From: Candidatus Multivoradales bacterium
Lineage (GTDB): Bacteria > Acidobacteriota > Thermoanaerobaculia > Multivoradales > JAHEKO01
Reading direction: 5' to 3'
Length of the DNA: 64,000 nucleotides
Assembly (NCBI GenBank): GCA_965223155.1
Contig: CBDCVR010000015.1
Coordinates: forward strand, 832,001-896,000
Positions 38,804-48,340 of the stretch are shown in pieces. The position numbers were made by a program, and so were the translations under genes. The notes beneath the pieces are model-generated. The model saw only the letters and a program-made list of their open reading frames with translations. It had not been told where the DNA came from and made no database searches. The number at the start of each line of letters is the position of its first letter. Position 1 is the first letter of the stretch.

Positions 38804-40699
38804 ATGCCAAATTCAACCTCGAACCGATTTCTTCTCGCTAGCGTTTTTCTGCTTGGGCTCGCAACCGCGCCGGCACCCGCGCACATCGTGCCCCCGGAGG
38901 CGCTTCATCCGGTTGCCGAGAGCTACCGCCGTCTCGAGTTCTTTCTGAATCTGAATCCAGTGCCCTGGGACCAGGTCGCGGCCGATTCGCGGCGGATCGC
39001 CGGCGAGCTCGATCGGCTCGGCACCGAGGATCCGTTTGCCGAGGCCCTCGAGGACCGGCTCCGCGCTCTCGAGTCCGAGCGCGGATCCGGGGCCTGGGAC
39101 GCCGGCGCCCGGCGCCAAGCCGGGGCCGCGATTCTGGAAGAAGCGACCCGAGCAGTCGCCCGCACGGTCGTGGCCGAGTTGGATGCCGCCCGAACGCATC
39201 TCGCCGAGTACTCCCGCGCGGCGCGCCATCTCGAAACCGCCCGACGACTCTGGCAGGCGTTCGAGCCCGCGGTGGCGGCGGCGCACCCGGACGAGTTCGT
39301 CCGCCTGGGCGAGTGCTGGCTCGAGCTGGCCTCGGCCCTGGGACATCCGGGACTCGGAGGAATCGGAGGGGTCGCCCCCGACGAGGCCACGTTCGCCTTG
39401 GAAACGGCCGAGGTCTCCGAGTACCTGGCCGCGCACTTCACCGACACGGTCCGTATCCCGCAAATGGGCCGCCTGGCGCCCCTGCCCGGTGTTGAGCTTG
39501 CCGCCTATTCCCCGGGCCGCATGCTGGCGCCCGGCTTCAATCTCAACAAACAGATTCCCCGGCCAAGGCAGATCCTGAACATGGCGACCCGCGGCGTTGA
39601 CGAGCGCGACACGCCGCTGGTGGCCTTGGGAGACATGGCTTTCGACAGCGCCTTGATCTTCGGCGAGCCGGCGCGTTCGCTGGCGATCACCTGCAACACC
39701 TGCCACAACAAGGGCGTAACCAATCCGCAGTTCTTTATCCCTGGTCTGTCCCGGCGCCCCGGCGGCATGGACGTCTCGAACGGTTTCTTCGCCGCTCACG
39801 CCAACAACGGACACTTCGATCCGCTCGACATCCCCGATTTGCGGGGCCTGCGTTTTACCGCGCCCTATGGCCGCAACGGCCGCTTCGACTCGTTGCGCGA
39901 GTTCACCCGCAATGTGATCGTCAACGAGTTCTCCGGCCCCGATCCCGATCCGCTGCTGCTCGACGGCTTGGTGGCGTACATGCTCGAGTTCGACTTCCTG
40001 CCGAACCCCTACCTGGAGGCCGACGGCTCGCTCACGGCTGAGGCCCCGGAGGCGGCGAAGCGCGGCGAGGTTCTCTTCTTGCGCGAGTACCCGGGCCTGG
40101 GCGGGCGTTCCTGCGCCTCGTGCCACGTCCCCTCCGACCACTTCCTGGATCGCAAGCGCCACGACCTCGGCTCGGTCGCGGGCGCCGAAAGCCATTCGAA
40201 GGACCGGGCTCTGGACACGCCGACGCTGCTGAGCAGCACGTATACGGCCCCGTATTTCCATGATGGACGCTTCGAGACCCTGGCCGAGGTCGTCGACTGG
40301 TTCGACGCCCGCTTCGAGCTCGGCTTGAGCGAGGAGCAAGCCTCCGATCTGACCGCCTATCTCGAAACCATCGGCGACGGCGTCGAGGCTTATGAAGACA
40401 CGATTCATACCCTTGAGTCCGAGCTCGAAGAGTTCGACTTCTTTCTTTCCACCTACGAGTTCCTGAAGACCCGCGGCAACGACGTCTTGATCGACGTCAC
40501 CTTCGGCACCATCGCGTTCGAGATCCGAGCCCACAAGTGGGACGTTCAGGATCCGGAGAACCTGCCGCTGCTGGATCGGCTGGCGGCGATGATGGACGAA
40601 GCCCGAACCGCCTTCGCCGCCGGCGACGTCGGGACCGCCGACACCGTGGTGACCGAGTACCGCCGACTCTACAGGAGCAACGCGGAGATCTTGCGATGA
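38804..40699 (+). CDS. Exported di-heme cytochrome c (CcP/MauG superfamily-like) with long N-terminal helical domain
   Basis: Signal peptide; CNTCH and CASCH; TAPYGRNG and TPTL..TAPYFHDG motifs. Confidence 0.82.
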   Translation: MPNSTSNRFLLASVFLLGLATAPAPAHIVPPEALHPVAESYRRLEFFLNLNPVPWDQVAADSRRIAGELDRLGTEDPFAEALEDRLRALESERGSGAWDAGARRQAGAAILEEATRAVARTVVAELDAARTHLAEYSRAARHLETARRLWQAFEPAVAAAHPDEFVRLGECWLELASALGHPGLGGIGGVAPDEATFALETAEVSEYLAAHFTDTVRIPQMGRLAPLPGVELAAYSPGRMLAPGFNLNKQIPRPRQILNMATRGVDERDTPLVALGDMAFDSALIFGEPARSLAITCNTCHNKGVTNPQFFIPGLSRRPGGMDVSNGFFAAHANNGHFDPLDIPDLRGLRFTAPYGRNGRFDSLREFTRNVIVNEFSGPDPDPLLLDGLVAYMLEFDFLPNPYLEADGSLTAEAPEAAKRGEVLFLREYPGLGGRSCASCHVPSDHFLDRKRHDLGSVAGAESHSKDRALDTPTLLSSTYTAPYFHDGRFETLAEVVDWFDARFELGLSEEQASDLTAYLETIGDGVEAYEDTIHTLESELEEFDFFLSTYEFLKTRGNDVLIDVTFGTIAFEIRAHKWDVQDPENLPLLDRLAAMMDEARTAFAAGDVGTADTVVTEYRRLYRSNAEILR

Positions 40700-41583
40700 C
40701 CCGACGCCTTCTTCTTGCCTTCCTTGCGGCGACCTTGGGTGCTTTGAGCGCCCCGAGCGCTCCCGCGGCCACCGCCGCCGCCGAAACTGCGCAGTCCCCA
40801 CTGCGTATCGCGTTCATCGCCTACCAGAATCCGGACCAGCTCCTCGAGAACGTCGCCCCGGTGGCCCGATATCTTGAGAGCGCGCTCGGCCGCCCGGTCG
40901 AGACCTTCGCCGCCACCGATTACGCCGGCGTGGTCGAAGCACTCAAGAACGAAACCGCCGACGCCGGCTTCATGGGTCCGCTCCAGTACATCATCGCCAA
41001 CCGCCAGGCCGGAGCGCGGCCGATCCTGGCCGAGCTCTACAACGGCTCCGCCACCTACGAGTCCCATGTTTTTGTCCGTAAGGACAGTGGCATCGACTCC
41101 TTGGCCGAGCTCGAGGGCAAGACCATCGCCTTCGTGGATCCCTTGTCCTCGTCCGGATATCTGTATCCGCTCCAGACCTTCGTTACCGCCGATCTCATCG
41201 ACTCGGCTGGCGCCGCCGACTCGTTCTTTCGCAAGGTCTACTTCGCCGGCGGCGACGAGCAGGCCGTCCGCGCGGTGCTCAACCGCTTCGTGGACGCCGC
41301 CGGCGTGGGCCAGTACTCGGTGGGTCTGCTCCGTCCCGAGGAGCGCGAAGCCATGCGAATCCTGGGCCGGTCGCGGCCGATCCCGTCCCATTGCGTGGTC
41401 GTTCGCGAAGGGCTCGACGAGGGATCGGCGCAAGCCCTCCAAGAGGCGCTTCTGGCTCTCAACGAAGGACCCGACCGGCCGCTCCTACGGCATCTCTACT
41501 CGGTGGACGGCTACGCCGAAGCAACCCACAAAACCTACTCCGACGTCGAGGCCCTGGCGCGTGAGCTGGGCTTCATCGACTAG
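40696..41583 (+). CDS. PhnD/PtxB-like phosphonate/phosphite ABC substrate-binding protein
   Basis: DYAGVVEAL, FVDPLSSSGYLYP; ATGA overlap with the cytochrome gene. Confidence 0.85.
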   Translation: MTRRLLLAFLAATLGALSAPSAPAATAAAETAQSPLRIAFIAYQNPDQLLENVAPVARYLESALGRPVETFAATDYAGVVEALKNETADAGFMGPLQYIIANRQAGARPILAELYNGSATYESHVFVRKDSGIDSLAELEGKTIAFVDPLSSSGYLYPLQTFVTADLIDSAGAADSFFRKVYFAGGDEQAVRAVLNRFVDAAGVGQYSVGLLRPEEREAMRILGRSRPIPSHCVVVREGLDEGSAQALQEALLALNEGPDRPLLRHLYSVDGYAEATHKTYSDVEALARELGFID

Positions 41584-41599
41584 CCGGAGGCGGCGGCCC

Positions 41600-42481
41600 A
41601 TGGCCAACTCTGAGGTGCGTACCGGCACGGGTCCCGAGGGCCAGGCGATCATTCAGCTCGACTCGGTCCACGTCCTCTACGGCACCACCCTGGCGCTCGA
41701 CGTCGAGAGCCTCGAGATCCGATCCGGCGAGCGCGTCTTCGCCCTCGGCCACAGTGGCTCGGGCAAGACGACGCTTGCCCGCCTCATCAAAGGCCGCCAG
41801 CGGCCGTCGACTGGCAGCGTGCGCGTCTTCGGTCGCGATCCGGCCACCGCCAGGGATCGCCGGCGCCGCCAGCGCCGCGTGGCCATGATCGACCAGGAGT
41901 ACTTCCTGGTACCGCGCCTGAGCGTCGTCGAGAACGTTCTGCACGGCGCTCTCGGCCGGGTCTCGCCCGGCCGTAGCCTGCTCGGCCTCTACCCAAGTGA
42001 CGAGTGGTCCAAGGCCGAAGCCATTCTCGCTGAAGTCGAGCTCGACGGTCTTGGCTACCGGCGAGTCGAGACCCTGTCCGGCGGTCAGAAGCAGCGCGCC
42101 GCGATCGCCCGGGCGCTCATGCAAGAAGCCGACGTCATTCTTGCCGACGAGCCGGTCTCGGCCCTCGATCCAGAGCTCGCCGAGGATGCTCTCGAGCTCC
42201 TGGTCGAGTGCGTGGCGCGGCGCGACGTGACGTTGCTTGTCAACCTCCACCAGCCCGAGCTGGCGCGTCGTTACGCTGACCGCTTTCTGGGCTTGGCCCA
42301 CGGGCGGCTGGTGTACGACGGCGACCCTGAGAACTTTACCGACGACGTAGCCGAGCTCGTCTACCGTGGCCGGCAGGCCGAGCCTGAACTCCCCAACCAT
42401 CCGGAGACCCCTGATGTCGATGCTGCAGAAGGTACGCAGAAGGAAGCTCTTTCTTCAGACCTCCGTCTGGTTGGCGATTAG
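41600..42481 (+). CDS. PhnC-like ABC ATP-binding protein
   Basis: GHSGSGKT, LSGGQKQR, DEPVSALDP, VNLHQ. Confidence 0.87.
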   Translation: MANSEVRTGTGPEGQAIIQLDSVHVLYGTTLALDVESLEIRSGERVFALGHSGSGKTTLARLIKGRQRPSTGSVRVFGRDPATARDRRRRQRRVAMIDQEYFLVPRLSVVENVLHGALGRVSPGRSLLGLYPSDEWSKAEAILAEVELDGLGYRRVETLSGGQKQRAAIARALMQEADVILADEPVSALDPELAEDALELLVECVARRDVTLLVNLHQPELARRYADRFLGLAHGRLVYDGDPENFTDDVAELVYRGRQAEPELPNHPETPDVDAAEGTQKEALSSDLRLVGD

Positions 42482-43193
42482 CGCTCTCGTTCTATGGGCG
42501 ATGCGCTGGTCGGAGTTCGACTCCGGCGCGCTCTTCTCGTCCGGGGAGCGGTTCGCGGAGTTCTTCTCCAGGCTGGTGCCTCCGGATTGGTCGGTCGCGC
42601 AGCTGGTGTTTCGCTCGACGATCGAGACTCTGATGATCGCCCTCGCCGGCACCACGCTGGCCGTGGTGGTGGCCCTGCCGCTGGGTTTTCTGGCTGCCGC
42701 CAACGTCTCGCCCGCCTGGGTCAGCCAGCCCATCAAGTGGCTTCTGGGCCTGATCCGCTCGATCCCGCTGATCGTCGTGGCGATGCTCTTCGTCGCGGCC
42801 GTCGGTCTCGGTCCCTTCCCCGGCATGCTCGCCATCGCGTTTCACTCGATCGGCATGCTCGGCAAGTTCTACGCCGAAGAATTCGAGACCGCCGAGCGCG
42901 GCATTCTCCAAGCGGTGTCCGGAACCGGCGCCACCTGGACGCAAACGGTGCGCTACGGGCTCTGGCCGCAGTCGATTCCCCAGGTCGTGGCCTTCACCGT
43001 CTACCGCCTGGAGATGAATTTTCGGGACGCTGCCGTCCTGGGCCTGGTCGGCGCTGGCGGCGTCGGCTACTACATCCTTCTGTACGTGCGCGGATTCCAG
43101 TACGAGAAAGTCGCCGTGTTGCTCCTGGTGATCATTCTCGTCGTCCTGGCTCTCGACACACTGACCTTTTGGATACGACGATGGATTCAATGA
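42414..43193 (+). CDS. PhnE-like ABC permease
   Basis: RLVPPDW, RSIP, GMLGKFYAE, AAVLGLVGAGGVG. Confidence 0.88.
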   Translation: MSMLQKVRRRKLFLQTSVWLAISALVLWAMRWSEFDSGALFSSGERFAEFFSRLVPPDWSVAQLVFRSTIETLMIALAGTTLAVVVALPLGFLAAANVSPAWVSQPIKWLLGLIRSIPLIVVAMLFVAAVGLGPFPGMLAIAFHSIGMLGKFYAEEFETAERGILQAVSGTGATWTQTVRYGLWPQSIPQVVAFTVYRLEMNFRDAAVLGLVGAGGVGYYILLYVRGFQYEKVAVLLLVIILVVLALDTLTFWIRRWIQ

Positions 43194-43960
43194 AACCCGC
43201 AGTCCTGGCGCCGGCCCTCGCCTTGGCTCTGGTCCTAGGCCTCCTTCTCGGCGGCGCTCCCGGCGCCGCCCAAGAGCCGGAGCTCATAACCGATCGCCCT
43301 GACCAGACCGAGTCTGCGGTCACCGTCCCTGCCGGGAGGGTTCAGGTCGAAACCGGCGCTCTCTGGACCCACGACGACGGAGGCCGAACTTCTCGGGAAG
43401 CCCTGGAGCTAGCCTCGACTCTCGTCCGGATCGGCTGGACCGAGCGTTTCGAGCTCCGCATCGGCGTCGATGGCTGGGTTTCCGAGCGCCTCGAGACAGG
43501 AGCTGGGCGGCCTACGACGCTCGAGGGCCTTGGGGATGCCTCGCTTGGAGGCAAGTTCGTGCTTCAAGAGGGCTCGGGCTCGCGGGCCCAGATCGCCCTT
43601 CTGGCCGAAACCACCGTACCGGCCGGCGACTCCGAGATCACGAGCGACCGCTGGGACCCCTCCGTGCGGCTCGCCATGGCCCGAGACTTCGCGCGGTTCT
43701 CCCTGGGCTGGAACCTCGGCGTCGAGTTCCCCGACGGCGACGAGGTCGCGTTCTACACGCTAGCCGCCAGCTTTCCGCTCGGGAAACGGCGCGGTGCCTT
43801 CCTCGAGATCTTCGGCGACTCGGAGTCCAGCCACTCTCTGGACGGCGGCCTGACGTTCCTGTCCGGCCCCAACTTTCAATTCGACGTCGCCGCGGGGATT
43901 GGCCTGACCGACGAGGCGCCGGACTGGTTCGCCGGGCTGGGCTTTTCGGTACGCCGCTAG
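43190..43960 (+). CDS. Putative outer-membrane beta-barrel transporter (MetA-pathway/phenol degradation family-like)
   Basis: Signal peptide, ITDRPDQTESA, C-terminal GLGFSVR; ATGA overlap with the permease. Confidence 0.75.
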   Translation: MKPAVLAPALALALVLGLLLGGAPGAAQEPELITDRPDQTESAVTVPAGRVQVETGALWTHDDGGRTSREALELASTLVRIGWTERFELRIGVDGWVSERLETGAGRPTTLEGLGDASLGGKFVLQEGSGSRAQIALLAETTVPAGDSEITSDRWDPSVRLAMARDFARFSLGWNLGVEFPDGDEVAFYTLAASFPLGKRRGAFLEIFGDSESSHSLDGGLTFLSGPNFQFDVAAGIGLTDEAPDWFAGLGFSVRR

Positions 43961-44401
43961 TCAGCAGCGAAACCGATCGGGCCGCCAGGTCTGGACCGCC
44001 TTCTTGATCGATTCGCGTCCGCTCAGCTCGCCGTCCAGCACCCGCCGGACCAGACCCGCCACTTCGTCGTCGGAAGCGAAGCGGAGGCCGATGAGCTGGT
44101 CTTCGGAAAGCTCGCCGATCCGCCCTCGGAGCTCGTCGGGCAAGATCTCGGCAAGACGCAGGCGCTCCTCCAAGCGAATCAACCGGTCCTGAACCTGAAG
44201 CGGAAAGAGACGCGCGTAGAGCCAGAGGCCGATGAGAGCCAGCGCCACCGCGAGTGCCAGAGCCGTCGCGAAGGACGGGTGCCGGAAGAGCTGCCAGGCG
44301 GCAAAGAGCGTGTTGACGAGCAGGATCAAGGCCAGCACGAAGTGGTACATCGGCACGAAGCGCCGGTGATTGGCATAGTTCTGGGAACCGGTCTCGGTCA
44401 T
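43961..44401 (-). CDS. Small membrane protein (DUF6526-like)
   Basis: QNYANHRR..YHF, QDRLIRLEE.LR, LRFASD, W..D..R; GGAGA RBS. Confidence 0.7.
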   Translation of the reverse strand: MTETGSQNYANHRRFVPMYHFVLALILLVNTLFAAWQLFRHPSFATALALAVALALIGLWLYARLFPLQVQDRLIRLEERLRLAEILPDELRGRIGELSEDQLIGLRFASDDEVAGLVRRVLDGELSGRESIKKAVQTWRPDRFRC

Positions 44402-44488
44402 CGTGTCTCCTTGTCGGAATTTCCCTTTCCGGCGATGGTACCAATCGCGTTTCCAGGAAAGCCACTCCGGGTAGGTTTCTGCCCGCTT

Positions 44489-44530
44489 CCGCCTTCCGCC
44501 TTCCGCCTTCCGCCTTCCGCCTCCCGCCTC
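44489..44530. repeat. Heptamer tandem repeat (CCGCCTT)n
   Basis: 4 perfect units at 44489-44516 plus 2 CCGCCTC variants in a divergent intergenic region. Confidence 0.85.
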
Positions 44531-44579
44531 CGCAACCCGCCTTCCACCTCCCGCTCTTGATATTGCTAGGCTCCGCCGA

Positions 44580-45806
44580 ATGCCGAACCAGGGCCGCAAT
44601 CTCGCCGTCCTGGTCGCCTCGCAGGCCATTTTCACCACCGGCTCGAGCCTCGTCGTGGCCACTGCGGCGCTCGTCGGTCACAGGCTAGCCGCCGATCCCC
44701 GACTTGCGACCTTGCCCACCGGGCTGGGGTTCTTGGCGGCGATGCTAATTACCTATCCGGCCTCTCTCGTGATGCAGACCCGTGGCCGGCGCTTCGGATT
44801 TCAGGCCGGCTTTCTGAGTGGCGCGGTGGGGGCGATCTTGGCGACCATCAGCATCCTGCGGCCCAACTTTCCGCTGTTCTGCGTCGCCCTGCTCCTGGTC
44901 GGCGTCAACCGTGGCATCGCCCCGTACTACCGATTTGCCGCGGTCGAAGCGGTGAGCGAAGGCCGCCGCGCGAGGGCCATCGCCTGCGTCCTGGTCGGGG
45001 GCCTCGTCGCTGCTTTTCTGGGTCCGGGCCTTGCCCGGTGGACGGAGACGTTGATCGCACAGCCGTTCGCCGGCTCGTTTTCGGCCCTGATCGGTGTTCA
45101 ACTCCTCGGCCTCATCACGCTCGCCGGCCTCGACCTGCCGCGGGTCGAGGCGGTCGAAGCCGCGAGCTCGGGCCGCCCGCTCGCGCGGGTCGCAGCCCAG
45201 CCCCGGTACCTGGTCGCCGCCTTCGGGGCCGTCGTTTCCTACGCCACGATGAACGCGCTAATGACGGCAACACCGCTGGCGATGGCCGAGCGCGGCTTCG
45301 CCTTTGGTCCCACGGCGTCGGTCATCCAGTGGCATCTGGCCGGGATGTTCGCTCCCGCGCTCGTCTCCGGACGCCTCGTCGAGCGCTTCGGCCCCCGGCG
45401 CATGATGGTGCTGGGCGCGGCCGGCATCGGTGTCGCCGCCGCCGGCAACCTGGCCGGCACGACCTTCCTCCACTTCGCCCTGTCTCTCGGTGCCCTGGGC
45501 GTGGGCTGGAACTTCCTCTTCGTCGCCGCCACCGCCTTGATTACGGAGACCTATGAGCCGGCGGAGCAGGCACGAGCCCAGGGATTCAACGACCTCCTGG
45601 TCCTGGGTGCCATGACCGTCTCGGCAACGACCGCCGGCTGGCTCTACGAGTCGGCGGGCTGGTGGCGGATGAACGCCGCCGTGTTGCCCCTGGTCGGGCT
45701 CGTTATTCTGGCGGTGGCGCTTCTGGGTTCCGGCGGGGAAGACCTCGCGCCCGCAAAGCCTACGGGCGGACGCGAGGCCCTGCGCCGTGGCTCTACGCCT
45801 TCTTGA
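44580..45806 (+). CDS. MFS transporter
   Basis: About 12 TM; GRR.GF, YRFAAVE, GRLVERFG. Confidence 0.88.
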   Translation: MPNQGRNLAVLVASQAIFTTGSSLVVATAALVGHRLAADPRLATLPTGLGFLAAMLITYPASLVMQTRGRRFGFQAGFLSGAVGAILATISILRPNFPLFCVALLLVGVNRGIAPYYRFAAVEAVSEGRRARAIACVLVGGLVAAFLGPGLARWTETLIAQPFAGSFSALIGVQLLGLITLAGLDLPRVEAVEAASSGRPLARVAAQPRYLVAAFGAVVSYATMNALMTATPLAMAERGFAFGPTASVIQWHLAGMFAPALVSGRLVERFGPRRMMVLGAAGIGVAAAGNLAGTTFLHFALSLGALGVGWNFLFVAATALITETYEPAEQARAQGFNDLLVLGAMTVSATTAGWLYESAGWWRMNAAVLPLVGLVILAVALLGSGGEDLAPAKPTGGREALRRGSTPS

Positions 45807-46038
45807 TCAGGCCGACGATAAAGAGCAGGACGACTGCGCCGACGACGGCGGTAACCAGCGAACCGGCAAGGCCGCCACCCGCGGAGATCCCCAGAAGTCC
45901 GAAGAGATACCCGCCGAGAACGGCACCGATGATGCCGACGATGATGTTGCCGACGAGCCCGAACCCGCCGCCCTTCATCAGCTGCCCGGCGAGCCAACCC
46001 GCGACCGCTCCGATGATCAAGAACCAAATGATTGCCAT
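45793..46038 (-). CDS. GlsB/YeaQ/YmgE family stress-response membrane protein
   Basis: GAVAGWLAG..M.GGG.G...NIIVGIIGA.LGG pattern; AGGAGG RBS. Confidence 0.9.
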   Translation of the reverse strand: MAIIWFLIIGAVAGWLAGQLMKGGGFGLVGNIIVGIIGAVLGGYLFGLLGISAGGGLAGSLVTAVVGAVVLLFIVGLIKKA

Positions 46039-46143
46039 CGCTTCCCTCCTTGCCCCTCAGGGCTGTGACTAGGTGCACGCCGCAATGCGGCGTGCCAGAC
46101 GGGTTTGAACGCCCGCCGAGTCTATCACCCGATTTGTAAGCGT

Positions 46144-47025
46144 TTAGGCAGCGGAGGCGTGCCGGGCCGAGCGTCTGGCGGTGAACCTGGCGCTCCAGAT
46201 CCGTCCCTCGAGCCTGCGGGCCACGGCGCCGACCAGCCAGGCCAAACCCAGGCGACGGATCCATGCTTTCCACCATGCCGGTATCTCGGACAGGATCAAG
46301 TCGGCCATCTGAGCTCCCCCATAGACGAACCGATCCAGGACCTCGACCTCCTCGAGACCGGCGGCTTCAAGGCCCCGGCGATAGTCGTCCTCCCCAATCG
46401 CGCCGCCGACACAGGAGTTGTAGACCGCCGGGATGGCCCGCAGCCAGCCCGGCAGGTCCTCGACCACGATATCCGAGACCGACATGCGGCCACCCGGCCG
46501 CAGTACTCGGGCGATCTCGGAAAAGACGCGCGGTTTGTCGGGCGAGAGATTGATCACACAATTCGAGATCACCAGATCCACGGACGCATCCTCGACCGGC
46601 AGCTCTTCGATCAGCCCTTTGCGCACTTCCACGTTGCCGACCCCGGCCGAAGCAATGGCGCCTCGCGCGCGCTCGATCATGGCGTCGGTCATATCGACGC
46701 CAATGACCCGACCTTCCGGCCCCACCTTGCCCGCCGCCAGCAAGAGATCGATTCCCGCGCCCGAGCCGAGATCCAGCACCACCTCGCCTGGCCCGACGCC
46801 GGCAAGGGCGGTCGGGTTGCCGCAACCGAACGAGTTGATTCGCGCCTCCTCGGGCAATGACGCCAACTCTTCTTCAGTGTAGCCCGCCGTCCGGGCCGCG
46901 ACCCCTTTCGTTCGTGCGGGGCCACCGCCGCAGTCGCCGCCACCACCACAACAGCCGCTACCAGTGGTCACCGCCTCGGCGTAGGCCTTAGAGACGTTGT
47001 CGCGAATCTTGTCTTGATCGTTCAT
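46144..47025 (-). CDS. arsM: Arsenite S-adenosylmethyltransferase-like protein
   Basis: N-terminal CC, GCGNP, DLGSGAG, SNCVINL, CVGGA; downstream of ArsR. Confidence 0.8.
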   Translation of the reverse strand: MNDQDKIRDNVSKAYAEAVTTGSGCCGGGGDCGGGPARTKGVAARTAGYTEEELASLPEEARINSFGCGNPTALAGVGPGEVVLDLGSGAGIDLLLAAGKVGPEGRVIGVDMTDAMIERARGAIASAGVGNVEVRKGLIEELPVEDASVDLVISNCVINLSPDKPRVFSEIARVLRPGGRMSVSDIVVEDLPGWLRAIPAVYNSCVGGAIGEDDYRRGLEAAGLEEVEVLDRFVYGGAQMADLILSEIPAWWKAWIRRLGLAWLVGAVARRLEGRIWSARFTARRSARHASAA

Positions 47026-47420
47026 TGCGGTTCTCCTTGGATGGTTTCGGTGGCCGGGGCGGCGTCTTCGAGCCGCTTCCATTCACCGGCACCGGCGCAG
47101 CATTCCTCGATCGCCCCGGCCATGTCGCGGAGCGCTTTCGCGACCTCGTCGTAGCGCAACCGGTAGTAGACCTCGCGGCCGCGCTTTTCCGATTCCACGA
47201 TGCCGGCGTCCCGCAAGGTCGCTAGGTGCCGGGACACGACCGAGAGGTCGGTCGGGCAGCACTCCGAGAGCGACGAGACGGTCTGGGCGTCGCAGCAGGT
47301 AGCGAGTTGGGCCACCAGAGCGATGCGATTGCGGTCGCCCAGGGCACGGAAGAAGCCCGGGGCGAAACGGCTTTCGATGTCGGAACAGCACGGGGCGGAA
47401 CTATTGCTTGTTTGCGTCAT
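47022..47420 (-). CDS. arsR: ArsR/SmtB family transcriptional repressor
   Basis: FRALGD.NR, SVVSRHLATLRDAG, EKRGREVYY; several CC pairs. Confidence 0.87.
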   Translation of the reverse strand: MTQTSNSSAPCCSDIESRFAPGFFRALGDRNRIALVAQLATCCDAQTVSSLSECCPTDLSVVSRHLATLRDAGIVESEKRGREVYYRLRYDEVAKALRDMAGAIEECCAGAGEWKRLEDAAPATETIQGEPQ

Positions 47421-47426
47421 TGTGCA

Positions 47427-47455
47427 AGCATAAACGGTGCCCGACCTCGTGTCAA
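47427..47455 (-). promoter_or_regulatory. sigma70 promoter for a leaderless arsR transcript
   Basis: TTGACA (47455-47450), 17 nt, TATGCT (47432-47427), 6 nt, ATG. Confidence 0.75.
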
Positions 47456-47525
47456 GAACTTCCTCCATCCGGCGATCGGACTCTCGACCCGGGCTGACCA
47501 GCGGATCCGAGCTCGCCGCCGCCCA

Positions 47526-48340
47526 GGGCCTGTTAACACTTAAGGGTTAGGATCGTATAAGCTCCGTGCATGGAAATCACGGAGAAACAGTACGAGCGCA
47601 TTGCAGATTGCTTTCCAGTGCAGCGAGGCAACGTCAGCGTGCCGAATGTTCAAGTGCTGAACGCAATTCTCTACGTTGCCGAACACGGCTGCAAGTGGCG
47701 CGGGCTCCCGAAACGATTCGGGAATTGGCACACGATCTACACTCGCATGAACCGTTGGTCCAAGAACGGCGTGTTGGATCGGGTGTTCGCGCGGCTCCAA
47801 GAGGAGCAGATCGTGCGAGTCAAGATCGAGGCCGTGTCACTTGACAGCACGATCGTGCGGGTTCACCCCGACGGTACGGGAGCATTAAAAAAAACGGCCC
47901 CCAGGCCATTGGAAAGTCCCGCGGTGGATGGACCACCAAGATTCATATGGTTGCCGCAGATGCTCGAACAGCCATCACCTTCTGCCTCTCGCCCGGCCAA
48001 GCGCACGATGCGCCCGTCGGCCGATGCTTGCTGAAAGACCTGGGCCGACCGAAGCAACCGATCGCGCTTGTCATGGACCGAGCCTACGAAGGCAACGAAA
48101 CCCGACAACTCGCTCTGAATCTCGGCTATACCCCTGTCGTGCCACCCTTGAGCACTCGCCTTCGGCCCTGGGCCTACGACCGGCTCCTCTACAAACGTCG
48201 CAACGAGATCGAACGGCTCTTTCGCCGGCTCAAAGGCTACCGGCGCATCTTTTCCAGATTCGAGAAGCTCGACGTCATGTACATCGCCTTCATCCATTTC
48301 GCCCTCATCGCTGATGCACTGCGACAATGTTAACACGCCC
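47526..48340 (+). mobile_element. IS5-family insertion sequence (IS427-like subgroup)
   Basis: Terminal inverted repeats GGGCCTGTTAACACT / AATGTTAACACGCCC; about 815 bp; lower GC than flanks. Confidence 0.9.
47570..48333 (+). CDS. IS5 transposase expressed via -1 frameshift
   Basis: orfA (GCKWRGLP..FGNWHTIY, DSTIVR) joins orfB (SRGGWTTKIH, DRAY, RNEIERLF) by a -1 slip at the A8 run 47887-47894. Confidence 0.9.

Noticed and set aside
47863-47950. Transposase pseudogene because of the split ORFs
   Set aside because: The split falls at the A-run typical of programmed -1 frameshifting in this IS5 subgroup, and the joined protein is continuous.
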